A stretch of DNA of 64,000 nucleotides, taken from contig CAVUZH010000008.1 of the NCBI GenBank assembly GCA_963745835.1, positions 32,001 to 96,000 of the forward strand. The letters run 5' to 3'. The notes under the pieces are model-generated. The model ran no database searches and was not told the origin of the DNA. It was given only the letters and a program-made list of their open reading frames with translations. Below are positions 1 through 10,071 of the stretch, piece by piece. The translations under genes were made by a program, and so were the position numbers. The stretch comes from an uncultured delta proteobacterium. GTDB taxonomy: Bacteria > Desulfobacterota > Binatia > UBA9968. Position 1 is the stretch's first letter; every line of letters begins with the position of its first letter.

Positions 1-570
1 CACCATCGTCATGCCCTCGCGCGCCAGAGCGCTGATCACGTCCAACACTTCTTTGATCATTTCCGGGTCCAAGGCAGAGGTAGGCTCATCGAAGAGCATA
101 ATTTTGGGACGCATGGCAAGCGCGCGAGCAATGGCAACCCGCTGTTGTTGACCGCCGGAAAGATTCGCAGGATAGGCGCCTGCTTTCTCGGGAATGCCGA
201 CCCGCTCGAGCAGATCTCTAGCCTGCTTTTCGGCATCCGAGCGGCTCACGCCTTTGACTTTGGCCGGCGCCAGAATGATGTTCTGCAGCGCGGTCATGTG
301 CGGATAGAGATTGAAAGATTGAAAAACCATGCCGACGTTGGCGCGGAGCTTTGCGGTATCGAGATTGGGATCGGCCAAAGAAAGTCCATCAACCGTCAGT
401 TCCCCCGACTGGATCGCTTCCAGCCGGTTGATGCACCGTATCAGAGTGCTCTTGCCACTGCCGCTCGGCCCGCAAACGACGACGACTTCTCCCGCTTCGA
501 TTTCTAGATCAATGTCCCTCAGTACGTGCAGCGATCCGAACCATTTGTTGACTTGATGAAATTCGATCAC
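1..570 (-). CDS. Polar amino acid ABC transporter ATP-binding protein (GlnQ-like), 3' end beyond the window start
   Basis: Not in the ORF track. Manual translation from GTG at 570 gives [12 protein letters not shown]...GPSGSGKST (Walker A)...[15 protein letters not shown] (ABC signature)...[13 protein letters not shown] (Walker B). Confidence 0.95.
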   Translation of the reverse strand, partial: MIEFHQVNKWFGSLHVLRDIDLEIEAGEVVVVCGPSGSGKSTLIRCINRLEAIQSGELTVDGLSLADPNLDTAKLRANVGMVFQSFNLYPHMTALQNIILAPAKVKGVSRSDAEKQARDLLERVGIPEKAGAYPANLSGGQQQRVAIARALAMRPKIMLFDEPTSALDPEMIKEVLDVISALAREGMTMV

Positions 571-759
571 AGTTTTTGGAGCAAAATGATAAGCGAGATA
601 GAATCGTTGAACGTCGGCATACTATATTAACATGTGCTTTTTGCAACCGGATCTCATTCGGATCAAATCCCCAGTGACTGGCATAATCTTCAAGCGCGCG
701 CAAGGCTTTTCCCGCCGACATATTGCTGTGGCCGGCAGCGGTGTTAAGTTAGATCGGCG

Positions 760-1218
760 ATGGAATTCTATTTAGTCCGCCATGGCGAAGCCGTTTCACA
801 AACGATCAACGGCGAGCGTCCGCTGACCCCGGGCGGCCGGCGCGATGTGGAACGTCTGGGCCAGGCGGCAGCGAAACGCGGTATTCAACCGGGCCAAATT
901 TTTCATTCAGGGCTTCTGAGGGCTCAGCAAACCGCGGAGATCCTGGGTGAAAGTCTCGGTCCCGTCGAAGGAGTACGCGAGTCATTCGGATTGCGGCCAG
1001 ATGACGATCCAGTGATCGCCAAGGCAGAACTCGAGTCATCAATAGTTTCGCTGATGCTAGTTGGCCACTTGCCACACATCAGTCGCCTGGCCTCTTTTCT
1101 CGTCGCTGGCAACGCCGATCAGGAGTTGGTGCAGTTCGCTCCCGCGACGGTGCTCGGTTTGTCCTACGAGAATTATCGCTGGAAAATCCTTTGGAAACTC
1201 ACGCCTACAACCGCGTAG
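760..1218 (+). CDS. sixA: Phosphohistidine phosphatase SixA
   Basis: N-terminal LVRHGEA motif, R-P-L-T, RAQQTAE and LVGHLP; 152 aa. Confidence 0.9.
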   Translation: MEFYLVRHGEAVSQTINGERPLTPGGRRDVERLGQAAAKRGIQPGQIFHSGLLRAQQTAEILGESLGPVEGVRESFGLRPDDDPVIAKAELESSIVSLMLVGHLPHISRLASFLVAGNADQELVQFAPATVLGLSYENYRWKILWKLTPTTA

Positions 1219-1295
1219 AGCAAGTTGACCGGCGTCAGAGGATAGTCTAAAAGGAATCGATAACAAGAACCTGGATGAACTCGAAAGGTAGCGCA

Positions 1296-2582
1296 ATGGC
1301 TTCAGACACTCTGACGATCATCGATAATCGAACCGGGAAAAAATATGATATTCCGGTTCAAAATGGCGCGATCAAGGCCACCGATCTGTTTCAGATTAAA
1401 GTTTCCGAAGATGATGGACTGGTCAGCTATGATCCGGGTTTTATGAACACCGCGTCTTGTTACAGCAAGATCACCTACATCGATGGTGACAAGGGTATTT
1501 TGCGTTATCGGGGCTATCCGATCGAACAGCTGGCGGAGCAGAGCACTTATCTGGAAACTGCTTACTTGATTCTCTACGGCGAATTGCCGGGCAAATCCGA
1601 GCTCGCCGATTGGGTTGGAAACATTACCATTCATTCGATCATTCACGAAAATATAAAGAAACATATAGACGGCTTTCATCACGATGCCCATCCGATGGGA
1701 ATCTTAGTCAGCACGGTTGCAGCGTTGTCGACTTTTTATCCCGACGCCAAGAAAATTTTCGATGCTAAATCACGTCGGGAGCAAACTTACCGATTGATCA
1801 GCAAGATGCCGACTCTGGCGGCGTTCGCCTACCGCCATAGCCTGGGCTTGCCTTACTCGTATCCCGACAACGATCTGAGTTACACCGGTAATTTCCTCAA
1901 TATGCTTTTGAAGATGACCGAGCTCAAATACAAGCCGCACCCGGTGTTGGAGAAAGCGCTGGATGTTCTGTTTATTCTGCACGCCGATCACGAGCAGAAT
2001 TGCAGCACAAATGCCATGCGCGGCGTGTCGAGCTCGCAAGTCGACCCATATTCTTCGGTAGCGGCTGCCGCCGCCGCATTATATGGACCGCTGCATGGCG
2101 GCGCCAATGAGGCAGTGTTACGCATGCTGATGGGAATCGGCTCGAAGGAAAAGGTCCCGGAGTTCATAAAAAAGGTTAAAGGCGGCGAAGGCCGGCTGAT
2201 GGGATTTGGTCACCGGGTATATAAAAATTACGATCCCCGCGCGAAAATCATCAAGAACATTGCCGATCAAGTCTTCGAAGTTAGAGGACGTAATCCTCTT
2301 TTGGATATTGCCCTTGAACTCGAACGCATCGCGCTCGAAGACGACTATTTTATAAAACGAAAACTCTACCCCAACGTCGATTTTTATTCCGGCCTCATTT
2401 ACCAGTCTATGGGTCTGCCTATGGACATGTTTCCCGTGCTATTCGCGATTCCACGCACTTCAGGCTGGATCGCGCAGTGGGAAGAAATGTTGACCGATCC
2501 CGATCAGAAGCTGGCCCGTCCAAAGCAGGTTTATCTAGGCGCGGATAAGCGCGACTATCTGGCGATGGATCGACGAAGTTAA
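1296..2582 (+). CDS. gltA: Citrate synthase
   Basis: Motifs DPGFMNTASC, GILRYRGY, HADHEQN, GPLHGGANEA, GFGHRVYKNYDPR and YPNVDFYSG. Confidence 0.97.
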   Translation: MASDTLTIIDNRTGKKYDIPVQNGAIKATDLFQIKVSEDDGLVSYDPGFMNTASCYSKITYIDGDKGILRYRGYPIEQLAEQSTYLETAYLILYGELPGKSELADWVGNITIHSIIHENIKKHIDGFHHDAHPMGILVSTVAALSTFYPDAKKIFDAKSRREQTYRLISKMPTLAAFAYRHSLGLPYSYPDNDLSYTGNFLNMLLKMTELKYKPHPVLEKALDVLFILHADHEQNCSTNAMRGVSSSQVDPYSSVAAAAAALYGPLHGGANEAVLRMLMGIGSKEKVPEFIKKVKGGEGRLMGFGHRVYKNYDPRAKIIKNIADQVFEVRGRNPLLDIALELERIALEDDYFIKRKLYPNVDFYSGLIYQSMGLPMDMFPVLFAIPRTSGWIAQWEEMLTDPDQKLARPKQVYLGADKRDYLAMDRRS

Positions 2583-2672
2583 TTCGACAGCGTGCAGCTC
2601 TGACGCCGTTGGACATTGCCCAGGCCACGGGACAGGTCCGCTACGATCATCAAAGTTGTGTCAGATTTCGCG

Positions 2673-3554
2673 CTAGCGCAGCGTGCCGCGCAAACTCTGC
2701 AGCAGCACGTTTAGTTTCTGACCGACTCGCAAAGTGGAGCTTTGCAGGCTGTTGCGTTCCATCAACATTCTAACCTCTTGGCCGTAGCGGCGCGCAATCG
2801 AGAGAAGAGTCTCGCCGCGCCGAACCTCGTGAACCACTAATTCGGCTCTCGGCGTCTGCCGTTCAGGTGCCTCTCCTCGGGTCGCAGCAGCTCCGCAATC
2901 GGGCCGTTACCGATTGGCAATTTCACACGAAGACGATTTTCTCCGGGGAGTGTAGCCTTGTAGCAACTCGGGATTCAACTCTCTGATCGTTTGCGCTTCG
3001 ATGCCGGCGATCCCCGCTAAAGAAGCCACTGTCGATTGCCGCCCCACCTCGATCTCTTCATACTCCAGTGGCGGATCGTAATCGATCGAGTTCAATCCAT
3101 ACTGTTGCGGGCCGGTTGTGATCAGCGCCGCTGCCACAAACTTTGGAACGAAGTCGCGCGTCTCGTCCCTGAGGATGGATTTGTCACTCAAGTTCCAAAA
3201 ATGCTTCGCGCCGGAGTTCCTCATTGCCTTCTTGATAGTGCCTTGTCCTGCGTTATAGGCGGCTGTCGCTAGATACCATTTGCCGAAATGTTCGTGCAAT
3301 TCTTTCAGGTAAGCCGCGCGCCGCTCGAGTGTACTTTTCCGGATCCCGGCGTTCATCGACTCAGAGTTAATTCGCAAGCCGTAGTTCAGCGCCGTCTCGG
3401 GCACAAACTGCCATAAGCCCGCGGCCCCGGAAGGTGAAACGGCACGCGGCAGAAAACTACTTTCGATGAGTACCAAATCACCGAGTTCTTCCGGCAGCGC
3501 TGCTTCTTGCAGCAATCTCGCGATCATCGGGAAGTATCGGCCCGCCAAAAACAA
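2673..3554 (-). pseudogene. MltD-like lytic transglycosylase with LysM domain, multiply frameshifted and N-terminally decayed
   Basis: SLT motifs IESSF, GAAGLWQF and AAYNAG lie in ORF 2907-3554. The canonical VDERRDPEK motif is in another frame. A LysM domain (HEVRRGETLFSIARRYG...LRVGQKL) sits in a separate frame ending at the stop at 2673. Confidence 0.8.
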
Positions 3555-3904
3555 AAACGCTCGCTAGCGGTAGTCTTCGGGCGCACATTACGTTGCAAAC
3601 CTGTGGACGGTACTCGATGGACCTGATGGCTACAACCGCAGACGAATAGTTTTTTTGACTGGCAGTTTAAGCGGGAAATCGATAGACGAGCGTTGTCAAA
3701 GTAGAGAACGGTCGCCTGCTGAGGACAAATATGCTTATGTGTCAATATCGGTCCCGCTCCTCGTCAGCCGGTTATGGCATGTACATAGGCGGGACTTACG
3801 TCATCGATTGTGTTTGCGTGTTATAAGTTCCGCGTGTGGTGAGATACAACTCGCGGACACTGGCGAATCGAATGCTACCTTTGTCAAGACGAGACGCGAG
3901 GTAA

Positions 3905-4549
3905 ATGCCCGTGGCAAAAGCAAAGCCATCGAAACGACCAATCCATTTCTCGATGCTGCGCAGCTATCAACCCGCGGACCTGATTACACTGGCCAACGGC
4001 GCGGCGGGGATGGCGGCAATTCTCTCGATGATGAGCTATCTTCAGTCACCCGAGAACTGGCGCGTGTACCTGGCCCTGTCGCTTATTCCCATCGCTTTTA
4101 TCTTCGACATTTTAGACGGCAAGTTAGCGCGCCGGCAGCACAAGAATTCCGTATTCGGTCAGGAACTCGACTCCTTGGCGGACATTGTCAGCTTCGGTGT
4201 TGCGCCGGCGGCACTGGCTTACGGTTTGGGAATGCACGGGGCTTTCGATGTCGTGATACTTATATTCTTTGTCAGCTGCGGAATTAGCCGTCTCGCCCGC
4301 TACAACGTTACCGCGGCACAACTTGCCGATGCTGGCGGCAAGGTGCGCTATTTCGAAGGAACGCCGATCCCGTCGAGCTTGATCCTGGTTGTCTTGCTTG
4401 CCCTATGCTTCTATCTGGGTCGTGTCGGCAACGACTTACCGCTGGGGGTTGTCGAGCTTGCCTCGCTCCAATGGCATCCGTCATCGCTGATGTTCTTCGT
4501 CAACGGCAGCGCCATGATCAGCAAGACGCTCAGAATTCCGAAACTTTAA
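3905..4549 (+). CDS. pssA: CDP-diacylglycerol--serine O-phosphatidyltransferase (CDP-alcohol phosphatidyltransferase family)
   Basis: DILDGKLAR...G..LDSLADIVSFGVAPA motif; ISRLARYN; hydrophobic. Confidence 0.88.
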   Translation: MPVAKAKPSKRPIHFSMLRSYQPADLITLANGAAGMAAILSMMSYLQSPENWRVYLALSLIPIAFIFDILDGKLARRQHKNSVFGQELDSLADIVSFGVAPAALAYGLGMHGAFDVVILIFFVSCGISRLARYNVTAAQLADAGGKVRYFEGTPIPSSLILVVLLALCFYLGRVGNDLPLGVVELASLQWHPSSLMFFVNGSAMISKTLRIPKL

Positions 4550-4591
4550 AACCAGTGGGCGCTCGATTCGTTCTCTGTTAAACTGACCACG

Positions 4592-5647
4592 ATGGACGAT
4601 GCGGCTAAACACAAGAGAACAGCGCCCGACCCCGCTCCGTCCGCCACGCCGGACCTCTCCGGAAAGTCTGATGACGAACTGTTGCGGATGCGCATCTGCG
4701 ACTTGAGGGTGAAAATCCCAGGCACTGAACTGGAACCGCGGATTCAGAAGTTTTGCGACGAGTTGGCTGCCAAAGGGATTTCATTCATGCCGCTTTGCTA
4801 CCTGGGGGATGAGTGGTTTTGTCCCGAGGGATCCGCCGCAATCGCGATCCCCTTTTATCTGGCTCATCCGCGCCTGAAGAAGCTTGAAGAGCGCATGATG
4901 ATGGAAGTTGAAGGCGGTACCGAAGCCTGGTGCATGAGCCTTCTGCGCCACGAAATGGGCCATGTGCTGAATCACGCATATCTGGTCGACAAAGATCGCG
5001 CCTGGCAGAAGCTCTTCGGTCCGCCGTCATTGGAATATTCCGAAAGCTTTCGCGCCCGTCCTTACAGCAAACGATTTGTCCGCCATCTCGCCGGCTGGTA
5101 CGCGCAGAGCCATCCCGAAGAAGACTTCGCCGAAACCGTGGCTATCTGGCTTACACCGGGCGTAGATTGGCGGCAGCAGTATCGCGACTGGACCGCGCTG
5201 GCAAAGTTGGAGTACGTGGACGCTCTGATGAGCAAACTCGCCGGAGAACCGCCTAAGGTCCTTTCGAAATTAAAGATGAGTGAAGCGTCCCGGTTGCGCT
5301 CGCGCCTAGAAGCCTACTACAAGCGCCGCCGTCGCCTGTACGCGCAAGATTTTCCTGATTTCTTTGACGCCGATCTAAAGAAACTTTTTATCGATGGAAC
5401 CTCGGCGCCGACTCACGAACGCGCCGCAGTATTCCTGCGACGCTCAAGCAACATGCTCCTGAACGCCGTGTCGGCTTGGACCGGAGAACCGAAATTTACC
5501 CTCAATCGCGTGCTGCGCGCGCTCACCCAACGTTGCGCGGAACTTGATCTTCGACTGCGCAGCGAATCCGCCGGCGTCGAGGTCAGCGCGTATTTGGCAA
5601 CATTGGCATCACATTATCGTTTGACCGGTAAATTCAAAGATGCGTGA
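4592..5647 (+). CDS. Putative zinc-binding metallopeptidase (zincin, Peptidase_Mx-like)
   Basis: HEMGH (HExxH) and downstream YAQSHPEEDFAET motif. Confidence 0.8.
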   Translation: MDDAAKHKRTAPDPAPSATPDLSGKSDDELLRMRICDLRVKIPGTELEPRIQKFCDELAAKGISFMPLCYLGDEWFCPEGSAAIAIPFYLAHPRLKKLEERMMMEVEGGTEAWCMSLLRHEMGHVLNHAYLVDKDRAWQKLFGPPSLEYSESFRARPYSKRFVRHLAGWYAQSHPEEDFAETVAIWLTPGVDWRQQYRDWTALAKLEYVDALMSKLAGEPPKVLSKLKMSEASRLRSRLEAYYKRRRRLYAQDFPDFFDADLKKLFIDGTSAPTHERAAVFLRRSSNMLLNAVSAWTGEPKFTLNRVLRALTQRCAELDLRLRSESAGVEVSAYLATLASHYRLTGKFKDA

Positions 5648-5650
5648 GGA

Positions 5651-6679
5651 GTGATGGCGGCGACCAAGCGTAAATGCAAAGTCTTAGTGCTGTTCGACAC
5701 TGCCGGAACACCGCCATCCAAGCAGGACTTCACCGAGGAGATGAAGACGGATGACTGGGCCGCGGAGGCGCATATCATCGCCGCGCTGACCCAACTTGGT
5801 CACGAAGTGCGCACCATCGGTGTCTACGATGAGCCTGGAATGATTATCGACGAAATAAAAACTCATCCGCCCGACGTGGTCTTCAATCTAACGGAACATT
5901 TCAACGCGGTCTCGGAACATGATCGCAATGTCGCCGGTCTGTTGGAGATGTTGGATGTTCCCTACACCGGCTCAAGCCCAACCGGACTGACCCTGTGCAA
6001 GAACAAGGGCATGTCAAAGGAAATTCTCTCGTATCACAATATTCGCGTGCCGAATTTTGCGATCTTCACACCCGGAACGACGTTGCGCAGGCCCAAAAAG
6101 CTCAACTTCCCGCTTTTCATCAAACCGTTGAAAGAGGAGGCTTCTTACGGCATTTCGCAGGATTCGTTCGTCGAGGACGATAATGCTTTTGAAGAACGGA
6201 TCCGCTTCATCCACGAACGCATGAATCAGGAAGCGTTGGCTGAAGAATACATCGAGGGCCGGGAACTTTATGCAAGTATTCTCGGCAACGATCGTTTACA
6301 AACCTTTCCCTTGCGTGAAGTGGTTTTTTCGGCCGTCCCCGACGGCCAGCCGCGCTTCTCAACGTTCAAAGCAAAGTGGGACAAAGCCTATCGCAAGCGC
6401 TGGGGCATCAAAAACATTTTTGCCCAACCCTTGCCGGAAGGAATCGAGCAACGTATCGCCCGCATCTCCAAAGCGGTGTATCGCGCGCTGCGCATTCGCG
6501 GCTATGGCCGCATCGATCTGCGTCTGACACCGGACAATGAAGTGGTGGTTCTGGAAGCGAACCCTAACCCAAATCTCGACCGCGACGACGAGTTTGCCCA
6601 GTCGGCGATGAAGGCTGGACTGAGTTACAAAAGACTCACCCAGCGCATTTTGAATCTCGCCCTTCAAGCCGCTCAGTAA
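5651..6679 (+). CDS. ATP-grasp ligase, D-Ala-D-Ala ligase-like family
   Basis: VFNLTE, PYTGS, FPLFIKP, EEYIEGRE, GYGRIDLR and LEANPNP motifs. Confidence 0.88.
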   Translation: MMAATKRKCKVLVLFDTAGTPPSKQDFTEEMKTDDWAAEAHIIAALTQLGHEVRTIGVYDEPGMIIDEIKTHPPDVVFNLTEHFNAVSEHDRNVAGLLEMLDVPYTGSSPTGLTLCKNKGMSKEILSYHNIRVPNFAIFTPGTTLRRPKKLNFPLFIKPLKEEASYGISQDSFVEDDNAFEERIRFIHERMNQEALAEEYIEGRELYASILGNDRLQTFPLREVVFSAVPDGQPRFSTFKAKWDKAYRKRWGIKNIFAQPLPEGIEQRIARISKAVYRALRIRGYGRIDLRLTPDNEVVVLEANPNPNLDRDDEFAQSAMKAGLSYKRLTQRILNLALQAAQ

Positions 6680-6694
6680 CTCGCGCGTAGTAGG

Positions 6695-7948
6695 GTGTCG
6701 ATGAATTCCATCGCCTGTATCCTCAGCCTCACTTGCGCCATTCTTTTAAACGATCTGACGATTCCCGCTCCCATCTTGGCGGTAGATTCGATGCCCCGCG
6801 TTTTCATCATCGATGCTGTGGCCCTGAGAAGCGTAAAGCTACGGACGCAGCAAAACAGCGGGAGTCTCAAACCCGCGCTGGCAAAGCTTACGAGGGAGGC
6901 CGATCGCGCTCTCATCAGCGCTCCGCTTTCGGTCATGCACAAAGAATTCGCGCCGCCGAGCGGCGATCGACACGATTACATGAGTCTTGCACCGTACTGG
7001 TGGCCTAACCCGACTACCCACAACGGCCTTCCATACGTCCGCCGTGACGGAGAAATCAATCCGGAGCGTAACCGCATTACCGATCGGCAAAATCTAGAGA
7101 ACACGGTGAGTTTGGTAAAAACACTGGCGCTTGCCTACTATTTCACGGCAAACGAGGACTACGCCAAACAAGCCACGACCATGCTCCACGTTTGGTTTTT
7201 GGATCCGCCGACGAGAATGAATCCGCATTTGAAGTATGCACAGGACATCCCGGGGCGTAATGCCGGACGCGCTGCGGGTATTATCGAAAGCCACAACTTC
7301 CCAGATCTCATCGACGCCGTCGGTCTGTTAGCTGGATCGGCAACCTGGACCCAGGCACATCAGCGGCAATTACAATCGTGGTTTACTGCATTTCTAACCT
7401 GGTTATTGGAGAGCCCCGAAGGTCGCGCTGAAGCGCAGGCGGAAAACAACCACGGCACATGGTATGACGTTCAAATTGCGTCATTCGGCCTTTTCACGGA
7501 CAAGAGAGATTTCGCTCACCGGGTGGTCAGTGATGTTCGGCGCAAGCGAATCGCCAGGCAAATCGAGCCCAATGGCGGACAGCCGCTCGAACTGGCGCGC
7601 GCTGACTCTTGGTCTTATTCGCTGTTTAACCTCGAGGCACTATTCGACGCGGCCGCGCTGGGCGACCATTTAGCGATGGATCTATGGAACTTCGAGACTG
7701 CGGATAAACGGAGTATCCGCAAAGCACTGGCTTGGTTGATTCCGTTTGCCACCGGTGAAAAGCGCTGGCCGTTACGCCAGCAATCTCGCTGGCAGCCCGA
7801 GCGCCTTGCGCCGTTTCTTCAACGCGCGGCGCTGCGCTATCGGGAGCCCAGCTATGTAACTGCGCTCGGCAAGCTAGCGGCGCCATCTATCGATAGTCGC
7901 GAGCGCCTGTTATATCCAATGGATGAAGTGAGTTCCTATGCAAAGTAG
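6695..7948 (+). CDS. Alginate lyase family polysaccharide lyase (PL38-like), probably secreted
   Basis: HDYMSLAPYWWP and NNHGTWY motifs; N-terminal hydrophobic signal-like segment. Confidence 0.8.
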   Translation: MSMNSIACILSLTCAILLNDLTIPAPILAVDSMPRVFIIDAVALRSVKLRTQQNSGSLKPALAKLTREADRALISAPLSVMHKEFAPPSGDRHDYMSLAPYWWPNPTTHNGLPYVRRDGEINPERNRITDRQNLENTVSLVKTLALAYYFTANEDYAKQATTMLHVWFLDPPTRMNPHLKYAQDIPGRNAGRAAGIIESHNFPDLIDAVGLLAGSATWTQAHQRQLQSWFTAFLTWLLESPEGRAEAQAENNHGTWYDVQIASFGLFTDKRDFAHRVVSDVRRKRIARQIEPNGGQPLELARADSWSYSLFNLEALFDAAALGDHLAMDLWNFETADKRSIRKALAWLIPFATGEKRWPLRQQSRWQPERLAPFLQRAALRYREPSYVTALGKLAAPSIDSRERLLYPMDEVSSYAK

Positions 7949-8032
7949 AGTCGAGGGAGTTGATATTATCAACAAAGAAATCGCAGTGACGGTTACGGCG
8001 ATGGGCTGCATCGGAATCGCCGAATCAGCGCG

Positions 8033-9021
8033 CTAATTCTTCTGCGCCATTTTCTTAAAGAAACCTTCTCTCTCCAATTCATCCAGCAAGCGCTCGTCGA
8101 GATATTTGTTCACGTTGGTATCAAACTTAATCTCGGGAGAACGCTGCGCCAGCATATCGATGGCGGCGCGCATCCCTTCGTGAGACATCCGCGGCGGCGA
8201 AGAAAAAGTCGACGCAAAGTACTGATACGTTTCATCCACAACCGCGGGATTTTTCTGTTTCATCCTTTGAGTTAAGAGCGCCAGTGATTTGTCTTTTTGG
8301 GTCATGAACTGGTGAATTCCCTCGCTATAGGCCTGAAGGAATCGTTTAACCCCACTGCGGTTCTTTTCAAGCAATGAGCGCCGCGTGGCGATGGCGTTCA
8401 TCGGGAAGTAGGCCGCTTTCAGTTCGGTCATATGAGCCAACGTCAACAAGCCCATGCGGGCGGCCTCGCCGGTTTCCGGCGGCGCCAGCAGTGTCGCGTC
8501 GAGGGCACCGCTTGCCAGCGCGACGAGCCGATTGGCCGCCGGACCGCTGGCCAGCAGAGTCACCGAGGAGCGCGGAATATTCCATTCTCTGAGCGCTAGA
8601 ATCAACGATACTTCGTGCGCCCCGCCCAGACTCACGATACCAACTTTTTTGCCGACCAGGTCCTTGGGCTGACGGATATTTTTCTGTGTTACCAAACTGA
8701 ATGGAAATCGATTCAGGGACGAGGCGACGAACACCAGGTCAGCGCCTTGATTGATTGCCGAGATCAGCGCGGTGCCGTCGATCTGGCCAAAGTGGATGCT
8801 GCCGCCGAGCAAAGCTTGTGCTCCTCGCGCCGAACCCGGAATCATAACGAGATCGGTCTCAACGCCATATTTTGATAGAAAGCCAAAATCCTTCGCTGCC
8901 CAAAGAGGCGCCTGAAATCCGGCAAATCCGGCATAGCTGGCGATAAACTTCTCCTGCGCGTTGCTGAACGCCGGCAGGAGGTAAAGTACCAGAGCCGGAA
9001 GCACTCTAAAGACACAAGCAT
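8033..9021 (-). CDS. SsuA/NMT1(THI5)-like ABC substrate-binding protein; N-terminal single-base frameshift
   Basis: PLWAAKDFG...DLVGKKVGI...GALDA motifs. The strong RBS (AAGGAGG) and ATG at 9021 are out of frame with the gene body; the shift is near the T-run at about 9008-9010. Confidence 0.85.
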
Positions 9022-9135
9022 AGAACACCTCCTTTGGAGCAAGCGCTGAGCCTCGATCCTCAAGCAAAAACTTCTATTCTCGAGCAGGCCTGGTCAAGCA
9101 AGCTGTTGCGAGTTATCCAATTCTCGGCAGTTATT

Positions 9136-9178
9136 TGTCAAGTGAAGCTTGACAGGTGGACGGGCGGCGCAATAGATT
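9136..9178 (+). promoter_or_regulatory. Sigma70-like promoter within a TGTCAAG-N5-CTTGACA inverted repeat (divergent promoter region)
   Basis: TTGACA at 9149-9154, TAGATT 18 nt downstream; the palindrome lies between divergent genes. Confidence 0.5.
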
Positions 9179-9230
9179 TTCTCAACAACCGCGGATCGCT
9201 GCCAATGGAGATTATTGTAAAGGAGATTTC

Positions 9231-9959
9231 ATGAGCGTAAATCGCAACGATGTACCCGGCCTCGATTCCTCCGAGCTCAAAGAAGTGAAGGAGAAGCTCA
9301 TCACCGCCTGCCGCATTCTCGATCATGAAGGCGTGACCGACGGCTATGGCCACATCAGCGTGCGTGTTCCCGGCGCAGATGCGTTTATCACCATTTCGAA
9401 TGTCAGCCCCGGCTGTGTCACTGACGATCGACTGATCATGCAAGACTTCGCCGGCAATTATCTCGGCGGCGCCAAAACGCCGCCCAACGAATGGCCAATT
9501 CATGCGTGCATTTTGAAAGCGCGTCCCGATGTCGAGAGCGTCGCGCACACACACTCGAAGTGGAGCACAATATTCAGCGTGCTCCCAATCAAGCTTAAGC
9601 CCATGCACCACTACGGTAAATTTTTATCCGCCGACGGACCGCCGGTATATGAGGGCATTGGCTTGGTTCGTACTGTGGCGCGAGGCGATGACCTAGCCCG
9701 AGTCTTGGGCCGCGGCCCGGTGGTGTTAATGCGCGCTCACGGTGATACGGTGGTCGGCGAGTCCATTGAGCAGGTAATCGAGCGCACCACCCGGCTTGCT
9801 ATGCTTGGCGAATGGAATCATCTGGCGCTGCTTCACGGTGAACCCAAGTATTTGAGCGCCGAGGAACTCGAGGTGTACAACGCCGACCAGCGGTTTCCCA
9901 TGCGCGGCTGGGAGTATTTCGTCAGCCGGCTGAATAAAGACAAAACCAAGTTGGAATAG
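9231..9959 (+). CDS. Class II aldolase/adducin family metalloenzyme (possibly a decarboxylase)
   Basis: GHISVR, E-x-P-I-H, VAHTHS and MRAHG motifs; RBS AAGGAG before ATG 9231. Confidence 0.88.
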   Translation: MSVNRNDVPGLDSSELKEVKEKLITACRILDHEGVTDGYGHISVRVPGADAFITISNVSPGCVTDDRLIMQDFAGNYLGGAKTPPNEWPIHACILKARPDVESVAHTHSKWSTIFSVLPIKLKPMHHYGKFLSADGPPVYEGIGLVRTVARGDDLARVLGRGPVVLMRAHGDTVVGESIEQVIERTTRLAMLGEWNHLALLHGEPKYLSAEELEVYNADQRFPMRGWEYFVSRLNKDKTKLE

Positions 9960-10037
9960 TTGGAATAATGGAGTGCTGGAGTAGTGGACCGATGGGCCCA
10001 GCAATACTCCAGTGCTCCATCACACCGTTACTCCAAC
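9950..10037. repeat. Imperfect palindromic REP-like element (GGAGTR/YACTCC octamer arms)
   Basis: The left arm TTGGAATAATGGAGTGCTGGAGTAGTGG pairs with the right arm CAATACTCCAGTGCTCCATCACACCGTTACTCCAAC. Confidence 0.7.
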
Positions 10038-10071
10038 AGATGACGCACTAAAACTCAGGGAGGAAAACAAG

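Noticed and set aside
145-507. Plus-strand ORFs of 120 and 75 aa
   Set aside because: Antisense shadows of the ABC ATPase gene on the minus strand.
3655-4287. 210-aa ORF overlapping pssA
   Set aside because: Alternative-frame ORF with no motifs; pssA explains the region.
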